A stretch of DNA of 64,000 nt, taken from contig CM126222.1 of the NCBI GenBank assembly GCA_052327205.1, positions 51,026,001-51,090,000 of the forward strand, in the 5' to 3' direction. Below the pieces are notes generated by a model that was not told the origin of the DNA, made no database searches, and saw nothing but the letters and a program-made list of their open reading frames with translations. The position numbers and the translations under genes were made by a program. Positions 38,167-50,479 of the stretch are shown here, piece after piece. The stretch is from Somniosus microcephalus. Lineage: Eukaryota. Within the stretch, counting starts at the first letter, position 1. Every line of letters begins with the position of its first letter.

Positions 38167-39899
38167 CTGTAAACAAAGGAATACACATTATTGCTAGGCA
38201 CGTGAATTCACAGTTATGGACGGCTCAATTGTTGTTGCCTGTTTCACTGCATTAAATACTAAAAGCCTTGCAGGGGTTAGGATGTCCACACTGAACCATC
38301 ACTAATTCAGTCAGTCAATTATTCGAGCTCCATTGGAGTTGGTCTGCGGTGTTGCAGATTAATAAGACGACAACAAGAAGCATCCTTTCATTACATCACC
38401 ATGTCAGATCAGATAACTTGTCTGTTTCAGCTATTTCAAGTTCACTAATACAAGTTATTCATAAAAGTCCAAACTCATCTCTGGAGAATGTTTCCCTTGT
38501 AAACAATGTTCTCTTTAGAAAAATTGGGATTGGCATTCCTATTATTCTAAGTATCGCCGACAACTTTGCAAACAAAACTGTGTTGCTTCACACAAGTGAA
38601 AATATAAACAAATTGCATATGAAACAAAAGGTTTTTGATACAATGGCACTAAACTGAATCCTATGAGTTAAAAACTAAATAAACCTCTTCTCCCCTGAAA
38701 TCACTCAAAACAGTGGTTACTTCAGCTGATGAACAATGCTGACACTCAGCTGGAACATTTAGAAGTTATGGATTTTTTATACTGATAATAAATTGTAGCT
38801 ACTGAACTATCCTCTATCATACAATCTAATGAGGACCACTTGTATAATCTATTTTATGTTAAAAATTGTGCAATAGATACTGCACCTAAAGTTGGTATTA
38901 CAAGCATGATGTTATGTAACAGGGCCATCCAAATAAAAGTATCTAAAATACCCTTAAAACCATCCAAGGAAGAAATTTATACATTTTTTTTTATAATCTG
39001 GAAGAGCACCATTCAGACAAAAAATAAGCAAGTCGTTTGCCCTCAAAAATGAATGAAACGGACAGTTGGAGAGCGAGTTGAATGGCATGAACGAGGCCTG
39101 CAAAAACTAAGCCCTCCGAACCTCTTCTCTGTTGACAGAACCACCAATTCCATTTGATGGCAACAGGACGTGCTAAGTAAAATCCCTATGCACAATAAAG
39201 TCATTAATCTGAAAATGTTGTTAAACAAGACTGGTAAGCTGGAAACCGCAAATATGTGAAAGGAAGCAGAAAATGAGCCGACCCTTATTTTGTTATCCAT
39301 TGTACCGCTCCTCAACAGCGAATACCCAGAAGCCGCAAGAATAAGTGATCTCCAACGACTGAAGAAGAATCATTGGTAGAGAAACTTCACACTAGATCAT
39401 ACACACAGATAGTCCAAATTTGCTTCTTATAATCTGTCCTGGAGGCAAAAATCCATCTTTAGAACAACCCCACCCCTGCCCACAGAGATAAAAATGATCT
39501 GCCTGCATCCTCCACCTCGAAGGGAAAAAACACAGGTCTCAACCCACCCCACTCTGAGGTGAGCTGATGAGCGGAGGTAAAAATCCCTCTTCAACCCCTA
39601 CCAGCTGAGAGAAAATGTGCTCTGCCCCACCCCACAAGCCAAAGTACAAATAGATCTCAGCCCTCTTGGCTGAGGCAAAATCCCTATCCCGCACCCCCTC
39701 AACTGCAATCCGAGTCCAGCCCTTCTGAGGCAAATGTTGCCACCCATACGTACCTCTACCCCCTGCACTATTAGCTTCCTTTTGCCATCCCTCTTGCTCT
39801 CCCCCTCTCATCTTACCTCTTTTTTTTTCCTCATTCCCCCTCTTCCCATCACATCTCCCAATCTTCTCCCTCCCATCCTGTTCGCTCTTCCGCTGTACC

Positions 39900-40151
39900 C
39901 GAGGAGAAATTTCTTCACTTAGAGGGTGGTGAATCTTTGGAATTCTCTACCCCAGAGGGCTGTGTAGGCTCAGTTGTTGAGTATATTCAAGACGGAGACT
40001 GATAGATTTTTGGATATTAAGAGAATCGAGGGATATGGGGATAGTGCAGGAAAGTGGAGTTGAGGTAGAAGATCAGCCATGATCTTATTGAATGGCGGAG
40101 CAGGCTCGAGGGGCCAAATGGCCTACTCCTGCTCCTATTTCTTATGTTCTT
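39900..40151 (+). mobile_element. CR1 3' fragment
   Basis: RRNFFT*RVVNLWNSLP remnant plus CR1 3' UTR. Confidence 0.85.
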
Positions 40152-40364
40152 CCCCACCTTTTCTAACTTTCTTAAAAGTACTTTTGACAGCCTATTATGC
40201 TGTTTTGAACAGGATATAAATAATACTGAGCATTCTTGGTATTTGAACTGCATCACACTGGCCACACGAAGTCATCGTTACTCAAGGCATCAATTTCATA
40301 TACTTTGCTTCATATAACAGTGCATTTGTGGCAGATACTCAAGGACAAGTGATATGGTTTTTAC

Positions 40365-40444
40365 CTTCCTCAAGCTGGGAAAATGCCTTTGACAGAGACT
40401 TCACGTCATCCTTGGGAATTTTGTATGCCATCATTGCAACAAAA
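40365..40444 (-). CDS. ABCA5: ABCA5 exon
   Basis: FVAMMAYKIPKDDVKSLSKAFSQLEE with AG/GT flanks. Confidence 0.93.
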
Positions 40445-41777
40445 CTAAAAAGCAAAGTATTCAGAAGGAAAAAACAATGAATTCTATAGAACAGTTGTAA
40501 CTTCAATACGATAATTGGAAATTTACCATTTCATGGTAAAAATTTTCAGTAAGAATTTTAGCAAAATCATATTGAATATAGTTTCCACTATGGCAAGTTT
40601 TATATCATATAATAATTGTGCATGGACGCATATGCAATTTTACATTATCACTCTTCACCCCTGCTGTTCCTTTCTTTTCTCCCCCACATGACCACTTATC
40701 TCTGCAAAACTTTCTAAATAAGGAGAGCATCATTGAAAGTAGACTTCTCCATGGCCAATGTAATCTGCGTAATTCCGTTTCATAATAACATTATATTTTT
40801 CTCTAACAGTGTTGTGGTACTCCACAAATATATACACGACATTGTTTACAAATTACAAGCATTGTCAAGTGATGTATGACATCCTAGATCAGTCTATTTG
40901 TCCAATTAAAAGCTTTGTGTATCGGGGCATCACACCAAATGTGTATGACACAGCTAGGATTCATATATATTTTGTACAAAAAAAAAGTCTCGTACTTTTC
41001 TGATTAAATAACCATCATCTGTTCAGTTAATCGTTCTGATTTGCTTAATATCGGAGAGGCAGAATAAAAGCTACCAATTATGAAGGAGGAACCTATACAA
41101 ACCCAACCAATATTTTTTTTCCTGCGCTACCAAACCAGCAACTGTCACAAAATGAACCCATCAAATCTCTCAAGACAAGTGTATCTGTGTGGGGAAGGAA
41201 GAACGAAGTTGCTTACATCTTAAGCAAGTTTTGTGAAGCGGCAAATAAATAGTTCTAAAAATAAATCTCTGAAGCCTACATCTGTCACCATCGATAAGAT
41301 GGCTCATATTGTTACCTTGTGATATACTCCTTCAGTAAATGTTCTGTATTACAGTGATAGCAAACCTCAGTTAGTCCACAACTGACAGTAGTAAACATCA
41401 GTAAATGCCCGTAAGCAATGCCACAGGAGAATCGGTTAATATTTATGAATAATTCTAGATCTTGCGACGTAACATTTCAACCTTGTGATTATTTTGGGAG
41501 GGCTTACCTTGTAATAATTTAGAGAAATTAATAGTGTCTGGTATCTATGGAACTCAGACAGGTAACTTGGGGAGTGTACTACTACCTGCTCAATGGTGCA
41601 GTTTTAATACTATCCACAATTTACATAGTTTGCAATCCATATCACTGCACTTAAAATTTAAAAAACCCAGAAATAGTTGAATTTGTGCCAGACTTAAAAC
41701 CAGCAGATATTTGGAAATGACGAGGAAGGCAAGTAACACTTTTGGCAAGCACTTAACTATTAAATACTGTTCCTTAC

Positions 41778-41930
41778 CTTTCCTGGCGAGAAGCATGTGG
41801 AAAGATTTGCATTATTTTATCATGAATGTCAGATATTCGTTGCATTTCTGTCATCTCATCCCTCAGTTTCATTTCAAGTGTATATCCGCCACCATACTTG
41901 CTCTTCAGGTGCTGTATGGAGCCAATGCAC
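41778..41930 (-). CDS. ABCA5: ABCA5 exon
   Basis: CIGSIQHLKSKYGGGYTLEMKLRDEMTEMQRISDIHDKIMQIFPHASRQE. Confidence 0.93.
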
Positions 41931-43128
41931 CTGTTCATGACAAAGATTACCCAACTTTTAGTCTATTATTAAGTCATGTATAAGTTTTAGCACAATTAGC
42001 ACTGAATTTGAATCAGTTTTTATACTACGAAGCCATACCTCCCACGTCCTGATTCATTTCAATTCTAGGACAAGTAACAATTGGTAGAGTTCAGTCAGTC
42101 TCAGCTGCAGTTAAACTCATCAGAAACAGGCAATAACCAGTCAGTCCCAGCAATAAAATAACTATTCAAATATTTTCTTTTTCAACCCATTGTAGCCCTG
42201 TTAACTGACCCCACACACCATAGACAAAGTTTATGCAGAGCCATCTATTCCTTTTGGCATAAAACAATAAATTAAATTAGTCATCCGCCCACAGTTACTA
42301 GTATAATCTTGTACATTGCTGCTGTCTTTGTGACTTAGCAATTAACTGCAAAAAAAAAAGCACATAAACTATTATAAGGAATATCAGGTTAACACCAAAA
42401 TTGCAATAAAAACAGCAGAAGCCAACTACAAGTGTCTCACCAGTTTATGGTGAGATTTTTAAATCTGAAAACAGTTAATGGGATGTCAGTTCTCTTCAAA
42501 GGGCCATAGGAACAGGAGTAGATCATTTAGCCCCTCGAGCCTGTTCCGCCATTCAATTAGATCATGACTGATCTGTGACCTAACTCCATATCCCTTAATA
42601 CCTTTGGTTAACCGAAATCTATCAATCTCAGATTTTAAATTAACAATTGACCCAGCATCAACTGCCGTTTACGGAAGAGAGTTCCAAACTTCTACCACCC
42701 TTTGCACGTAGAAATGTTTCCAAACTGCACTCCTGAAAGGTCTGGCTCTAATTTTTAAGCCATGTCTCCTAGTCCTAGATTCCCCAACCAGTAGAAATAG
42801 TTTCTCTCTATCTACCCCATCAGTTCACCTTAATATCTTGAAAACTTCAATCAAACCACCCCTTAATCTTCAAAATTCCAGGGAATACAACCTTAGTTTG
42901 TGTACTCTCTCCTTGTAATTTAACCCTTGGAGTCCAGGTATCATTCTAGTAAATCTACACTGCCCTCCCTCCAAGGACAATATATCCTTCCTAAGGAGTG
43001 GTGCTGAGAACTAAAGAGTACTCCAGGTGTGATCTAACCAGGGGTTTGTATAGCTACAGCATGACTTTTAACCCCTTCTATTCTAGTCCTCTAGATATAT
43101 AGGTCAGCATTCATTAGCCTTTTTGATT

Positions 43129-43833
43129 GGCCTAGAAATTGCAGTCGGAGGCGTACCTCCGGAGTACAATTACAAAAGTACCTCGTGGCACCCAGGCTGC
43201 AAAAAGTTGCGGTCTCAGGCCTCGAGGCGAAGGGCAGCGTAAAGGCCCACGGATCCCAGGGACGTATGCGGTTCGGAAGCGTACCTGGGATCACGTGGGC
43301 CCAGTTCTCCAATGACAAAGGAGAGTTCCATTTCAATCATTTACGAAAGGAATCCCCTAATGATATGCAATGGAATTCCGAAATCTATAATTATAAATAA
43401 AATTCCATTTCTGTAAATTGTATAGGTACCTTCATTGCACCAACCTCAATAAAAATGTAATTTCTTGATAATTTTAAACATAAGAATGTAATCTGCGCCA
43501 GTATTTGCATAAACTGTATGTGCATAATTTAGGATATAAAAATGTTTAATTTAAGCCTTATACATCCCCTTACGCTGATGAAAGCAGGCCCTAATCCTGC
43601 TTGCATCATCTGTAAGACTTACGTGGGCAATTGCTAATTGCCGCAAAAAGCCCAACTCTGCACCAGCGATTGCTTTGTTGGACCCCCGCGGATGGCCTGT
43701 CAACGCATATGATGACAGGCCACTAGTTCCAGATTTCGCACATGTGGAAATCCGAAACTTGCGAGGAATTTCAATGGGAATACGACAGCATATGCTGAGA
43801 GTACGCCGTCACAGACACCACAATTTCAGGGCC
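43129..43833. mobile_element. Non-autonomous PIF/Harbinger-like transposon
   Basis: TIRs GGCCTAGAAATTG / CAATTTCAGGGCC, TSD ATT defined by the interrupted CR1. Confidence 0.85.
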
Positions 43834-43989
43834 ATTATTTTTTGTACCTGTCCGTGACATTTTAATGATCTATATACGTGGACCCTCAAGTCTCTTTGGA
43901 CCTCCACTGCTTCTAGCTTTTCACCATTTAGAAAGTACTCTGATCTATCCTTTTTAGGTTCAAAGTAGATGACCTCACACTTGCACATA

Positions 43990-44262
43990 CAGGTTGAGCG
44001 TCCGGAATCCGGAATCCAGGATGATTGGTGGCAGGGGTCCGGAATCCGGACACCCTGAGGGAGGCTTACCAAAAGCGCAACCTAGGCCCAGGCATTTCTG
44101 GACTCGGCACATGTTTCTGATGTCCGAAGTCCAGAAATATCGCAACCTGGGCTCAGGCGTTTCCAGATTTCAAACATCAGAAACACGTTCCGAAGTCTGG
44201 AAAAACCCAAAAACCGGCTCGGCCTCGGTCCCGAGGTTGCCGGATTCGCGATGTTCTACCTG
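43990..44262. mobile_element. Tigger-like MITE
   Basis: TIRs CAGGTTGAGCGTCCGGAATCCGG / CCGGATTCGCGATGTTCTACCTG, TA TSD. Confidence 0.85.
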
Positions 44263-44927
44263 TACTGAAATCAGTTTGCCACATTTTTGCCCACTTAATC
44301 TATTAATATCTCTTTGTAATTTTATGCTTCCATTTACACTGCTGACAATGCCGCCCATCTTCGTGTCATCGGCAAACTTGGATATATGGCTCTCTATCCC
44401 ATCATCAAAGTTGTTAATAAATGCAGTGAATAGTTGAGGCCCCAACACAGATCCCTGTGGGACACCTCTAGTCACAACCTGCCTATTATCCCTACGCTTT
44501 GTCTCCTGCCACTCAGCCAATCTCCTAACCAGGTCAATAATTTGCCCTCAATTCCATGAGCTTCAACTTTAACTAACAGTTGCTTATGAGGGACTTTATC
44601 GAATGCTTTCTGGAAGTCCATATAAATAACATCCATAGACATTCCCCTGTCCACTACTTCAGCCACCTCTTCAAAAAATTCAATCCGGTTCATCAGGCAT
44701 GACCTACCCTTTACAAATCCATGCTTGCTCTCTCTGATCAGCTGAAAATTTTCACGGTGTTCAGTCACTCCATCCTTAATTATAGACTCTAGTAATTTCC
44801 TGACAACAGATGTTAGGCTAACTGGTCTACAATTCCCAGGTTTCATTAAAATATGGACCACAATAATAGTCCATCAGTTTTCACTTTTAAAATTGTATTT
44901 TTGGCAGGTTTGATGTGCAACATCACA

Positions 44928-45245
44928 GGGGGCACGGTGGCATAGTGGTTAGCACTGTTGCCTCACAGCGCCAGGGACCCGGGTTCAAATCTGGCCTCGG
45001 GCGACTGTCTGTGTGGAGTTTGCACATTCTCCCTGTGTCTGCATGGGTTTCCTCCGGGTGCTCCGGTTTCCTCCCACAGTCCAAAGATGTGCAGGTTAGG
45101 TTGATTTGGGTTGATTTGGCTATGATAAATTGACCCTTAGTGTTAGGGGATTAAATACGTGGGGTTACGGGGATAGGGTGGGATATGTGTCGGTGCAGGC
45201 TCGATGGGCCGAAATGGCCTCTATCTGCACTGTGAGGATTCTGTG
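44928..45245 (+). mobile_element. Full-length V-SINE (HE1-like)
   Basis: A-box TGGCATAGTGG, B-box GGTTCAAATC, V-domain-type GGGTTTCCTCCGGGTGCTCCGGTTTCCTCCCACAGTCCAAAGA, CR1-like tail, near TSD AACATCAC/AACACCAC. Confidence 0.88.
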
Positions 45246-45504
45246 AACACCACTTGAGAAAACACCTTTCCAGGTTGTCTCACTGTTGGTGCAAATACTG
45301 CACCAATGCACATTTGCCCATTTCGTACTGTACTTTTGGAATCAGGTTGGCACCAATACCAAAATTATAGTAAAAGGAGCACAAGACTGATGTGATTTTT
45401 TACAACGATCACCTCGTGATTCCAAATACTGTACATTTCTTAATGAATATTTTACACTCATCTAGATTTGCAGGACTATTTCATAATATTCAAAAAGGAA
45501 ATAC

Positions 45505-45624
45505 CGCAGCTGTCCGGACACCATGATAGCAACTCGATCACAAAGTGCTTCAGCTTCTTCCATATAGTGTGTGGTCAGGATGGCACCGCGTTGTCTGTCC
45601 TTAAATGCAGCACGAATTGCTCTC
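45505..45624 (-). CDS. ABCA5: ABCA5 exon (NBD2 H-loop)
   Basis: [39 protein letters not shown]. Confidence 0.95.
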
Positions 45625-46135
45625 CTGAAACCAAATTACAAAAGTTGATTATTATTTGCCATATTTAAGGCTATTTACAAATTCCATGTTCACCAGAGCA
45701 CATTGTGCAAGGATGGAAAATGTCAGCCTGCGATTTAGGACAAAGGATTTCTGGTTCCAGAATAATGGAAATTTTCCTTTAAGAATCCAACACGCCAGTA
45801 AGACAACACCATTATTTCATCCAGACAGCGGTCAAGGCTTTTATACAGAAAAAATCCTACCAGCTTTAAATTGACCCTATGATTCCACCTGTATAACACT
45901 ACAGTATTCTTTACCAGACAGCTCAAGTTCAAATCCCAGTCCCAACTAATATCTGAACTGTCAAGCTTTGCTAATTGATCACTAAATGGTCAGATATAGC
46001 ACTCGCTCAGGGCAGAAAAAAACTTGACAAATGCTTTATTAATAAATAAAGGTATGAGGTTCCTAAGTTCATACACTGCAGCCCATAAAGTAACAAGTTG
46101 CAATGTACAAACACATTCACAATTTGCTGTTTATA

Positions 46136-46433
46136 CAGGAAACTCTGGTTTATCCGGAGGTTGTATGTCCGGAATACTCGATTCTAACGGCAAAAATCAG
46201 GAGCCGTTTTCTAAGTTTTTTTAGTTCTCGTTCTTTTTTTCCCCCCAGTCAGGCACTGCAAGGTCTGTAGCTATAGCAACAGCTTCAGCTAGAGACGCTT
46301 GCAGCTGCAGCCGACTCTTTAGAAGCTGTTGCTAAGCAACAGTGTTTGTTGTCAGATACAGAGATGAAAACCTCCGTATGCTTCAACATTAACTTTGTAT
46401 GTCCGTCGGTGCTGGATATCACAAAGTTTCCTG
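46136..46433. mobile_element. Tc1/mariner MITE, copy 3
   Basis: CAGGAAACT...AAGTTTCCTG, TA TSD; same body as 7073-7403. Confidence 0.85.
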
Positions 46434-47323
46434 TACTTAGTTTTTGATTTTGAGTGTAACTGAGAATAACTAAGCCCTTAGACATAATCTAACTCGAGGA
46501 TATGTAGCAGCTCTAAAATCTATTGCCATCACTCATATTCTTCTTTTAATCCTCTGTAGTGCTTCAATATTTATTAACAAATTAAATATTAAAATTTTAA
46601 TATTTCAACAATCTTAATCATGCTTTACAAACTAGTACAGTATTAGTATCATGGATTTGAATTCATGTATCTGCTTATACACCCAGATATTATATAAACC
46701 CTCGTGATTACAACTATATATTGGGACAAGACATTTTTGCTGCACTTTATGACATAAGCTTCATTATGCTACCACGTTTGTTATTTTTTGTACCCACACA
46801 GCCTCATATTTCTCATTATTTGCTATTTAACCGCCCAATTACTAAGGACTTGTATATTTCTGAAAAATATACACCCACTAAAACATCCCATTTCACTTGA
46901 CAAGTTTGTCTCATCTATACGCTTAAAGCTTTGGCTTATAGTATCTTAGTTGAAGTTTTAACAACCACCAGCTCCTGCTTTCATATATTGTCCATCATGT
47001 AGAACATCTCGGAGTGCTTTTTAAGGGGAAGAGGAAGACACTGAACAGGAGATGGACAAGTTTAACAGGACTAAAGGCAGTCAAAGAGATAGATTTTTAA
47101 AAAAAGTCTTAAGGTTAAAAAGTCAGAACTGATTCTCAAGATTCCACTGTTCACAACTTTACAATTAGAATAAATCCAGCCATAGTTTAGTCCAGCCAGT
47201 AGTAAAATGTTTCATAACAAGCATCAAATAATGATATCCAGACCAAACTTTATTATGGTCAGTGCCTACTTCTGACTAAGTATACTGTATTCCTATTTGA
47301 AGTTGAATAAATTTGCCACTTAC

Positions 47324-47418
47324 CACATAAACTGTTTGGCTTTAGGATCCATACCGGTCGATGGCTCATCCATTAATACAATCCGAGGATTTCCCAACAT
47401 GCACAGTGCAAAGCAAAG
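47324..47418 (-). CDS. ABCA5: ABCA5 exon (NBD2 Walker B)
   Basis: [31 protein letters not shown](W). Confidence 0.95.
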
Positions 47419-47714
47419 CTTCAAAATGAAAAAAATACTGGAGTTAATTTACAGCTCACACTGCTTAACTAACAATTCAGTCACATCTAAGACTACTGAT
47501 AAAACCGACTGTATTCATGCAGCTAGGATCTCAGCCAGATATAGCAACTATCTAAATAGCATACCATTTCACATAATTATCTGAAGAACACATTGTAAGG
47601 AGAAGCAAAGGTTGGGAGAGCCTTACATAGGTTTATTTGGGTAAACCTTTGCATTCATGGGAAATAAAATACTTTTCCCATTTTGGATACCCAGTCTCAG
47701 ATGGTGAGTGAACA

Positions 47715-47914
47715 AAAAGCAAAATACTACAGGTGCTGGAAATCTGAAATAAAAACAGAAAAAGCTGGAAACACTCAGCAGGTCAGACAGCATCTGCAGC
47801 GAGAGGAAGGTAGGGTTAACTTTTCAGGTTGATGACCTTTCATCAGGTTCTGATAAATGGTCATTGACCTGAAACATTAACCCTACCCTCTTCTCTCCAC
47901 AGATGCTGCCTGAC
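47715..47914. mobile_element. Penelope-like terminal fragments in inverted (palindromic) arrangement
   Basis: 47782-47914 folds back on itself around ~47848. Confidence 0.6.
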
Positions 47915-49732
47915 ATGTAAACGATTAGAGAAGTTCTCTGCCTCACCAATGTGTCCTCACTTCAGCCTCAAAATAGTACCCGCTTTTGCAATTGTTTACA
48001 TTTCCAAAGCAAGCATTCTGGTGACATCTCTCAGTGAGGTTGCTAATTTAGTGCCAATTCATACAGGATAGCTAATTTAGTGTTCATACCCACGGAGGAA
48101 TTTGTTTGAGACCATCCCAATTCATTTAATGTAGGCCCCTTACCACTCACAGAGATAGGAGACTTTCATTTCATTTACCTGGGCTGGATTCAAAACCAGG
48201 CCCCAGAGACTAAAAGGACAACATTGAATTGTTCAGTCCCTGCCCTAATAAATATATATTTTTTAAACAAGTTGTTTGATCATTTACTTCACCTTCAATA
48301 GAAACATACCATTTTGGGTCTCCATTCATACTTACAGCCAATCCTGTGGCATTGTTTCTAAGGTTAACCCACTATTTATTTATATAGGAGTGGAGATTTT
48401 TCATTGGCTTGGAGGGTAATCTGGAGGTGCTCGAAATCACCAAACATTAGTACTAGCTGAGTATTCCTCTAATCATACACACCAAAGATAACCAGCATAG
48501 AAAATCTGAATTGCTTTTCAATATAGTTCAGAATTAAAATTGCAACATAAATAGTTACTAGCATGTTTTAGTTACAAACATAGAAAACAAATTGGTTTTT
48601 TAAAAAAATGCCAATTCCTCCAATGGATAAGTGGGTAAATGCACCATATGATGTAGTACCGCTGTATGGATCAGAAAGTCCCAGATTTGATCTCTAGTCT
48701 GTACCAACTTAACGGAACTCAGCAGCAGTGAGGATACTAGAATCAGCCTCAGATTTTTATGGACCAGAAAAGGAGAAAATATGCATCTGTGAACAATGGT
48801 CGTGGGCAAGATCAGGTTTGGCCAAGATACCTCCTCCATAGTTGAATGGTCTGCTGACACTGTTTAGATTCACACAAAGACTAGCTACTTGGGCAATATA
48901 CTGGAAGGCTGCCAGCAGTATGTGTACAATACTCCAGGACTCAATCTTATTTAATGCAAAAATTAAAGATGGCAAATATAAGCAAGAATTTTAAAGTATA
49001 TTTTGGTAAGTGTCTGGATAATACAATACTCTTCTCATTTCTGGGACCTGAATCCAACCATGACTGACTGACTGAATGAAAAGTCTCCTTTTGCTGCCAG
49101 CTGAAAGTTTCTTGTGTGAAATGAGCTTGGACAGTCTCAATGCAGTTCCTCGTGGGTAAAACCAACATACAGATGCCCAAAATTCCACACAAATTGGTAA
49201 TTTAATTTAGAACTCCTACGAGGATAGATGCAGCATGAGTTGGTCTTCTGAGCTAGGGGTTACAGTACCATATTTGGGGGGGGGAGAAAAAGAGTAGAAA
49301 GTACTTTATTCTGCATAATGCTGGTGGTATACCAGACCAAGACTGGTCGACATTGGGATCTTAAAGTGACATGGTTTCATTTCCCAGAACTGACATTAGT
49401 CACCTTAATAAGAATTAAAAAAATAAATCAGACAAATAGCACTCAATAATGAAACACCAGTAGGAAGCCATTGAGTGGTGCAATTTATGTGGACATTGGC
49501 AACAGTTCTGTTCTGAAAGTGTTCTGCATTTTCTCCCTGATTTTAGTTGACTCATTTAACACAGATAAATGATTTATTGCAACTGACTGTTTCAAAAAGC
49601 AGTGCAAAAAAGCAGCTGAATGGACAATCTGCCAAACCCAGATGCCTCAATCGCCACACATTGCCATTGTACACATGTACAATACATGGTTCATGAACAG
49701 AGATAGGACACAACAAATTCACTGGTACGTAC

Positions 49733-49808
49733 TTTTCTCTTTATTCCAGTGGAGACTTTCTTTGTTGGTTTCTGGAGATATTCCTTCAGTTCAAGTGCTT
49801 TTACAATG
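49733..49808 (-). CDS. ABCA5: ABCA5 exon (NBD2 signature region)
   Basis: IVKALELKEYLQKPTKKVSTGIKRK|gtacgt. Confidence 0.93.
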
Positions 49809-50045
49809 CTGCCAAAAATAAAGATACAGATCAAATTATTCCTGATTTCAAACATGTTGAATAGTAACTTTAAAGTGAAACAAATTTTATAAAGGTTCAA
49901 CTTCCTTCACAGCTTTTCTTGTAACTCATATGCAACTTAATATTGCTGAAATGTCCAAAAACTTTTTTGAAAAACTTTTTTTTGTTGTTGATTTTTTTCC
50001 TGAAATTAGTCACAGATCTACCTTGAACTTCTGATGTTTTCTTAC

Positions 50046-50221
50046 CGTTTAATAGCATCTGCTGCATCCTCTTTATTAAGCCCCTTGATAGCAGCGTATA
50101 TCTCAAGGTGTTCCTGTACAGTAAGCTTAGGCCAGAGTGGGTTCACCTGTGCACAATAGCCTATTGTATCCAGAGAGCTTTCTCTCTGCAAATATTCGGT
50201 TGAGTAGTCTCCCATCAATAC
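50046..50221 (-). CDS. ABCA5: ABCA5 exon (NBD2 Q-loop)
   Basis: [58 protein letters not shown]. Confidence 0.95.
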
Positions 50222-50479
50222 CTACAAAATAACCATTTTAAAATTATGAGTGACTTCAGCATAGCCCTACACAGGTCTGATGAGTTAGAGCAGTGAAAGA
50301 CCAGCGAAGTGCAAGGATCTGTTGACTGAGGAGTTCACAATCAGAAGTTCTGCCTTGAGGTGCAACTGGCCTAAAATTGTATTTGATGGGTTAAATCACT
50401 AAGTTGTTGTGTTTCATTTTATTTAAACTTTTAATAGAAAACAGTTTAGTTTAGTGTGTTTGGTGAGGGGGGTGGGGTG

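Larger units (their letters stand above)
42500..44845 (-). mobile_element. Older CR1 LINE carrying two nested DNA transposons
   Basis: RT motifs in ORFs 44170-44861; the CR1 sequence resumes after each insertion. Confidence 0.9.

Noticed and set aside
44928-45000. tRNA gene-like A/B boxes
   Set aside because: Head of a V-SINE, continuing into SINE body and LINE-derived tail.
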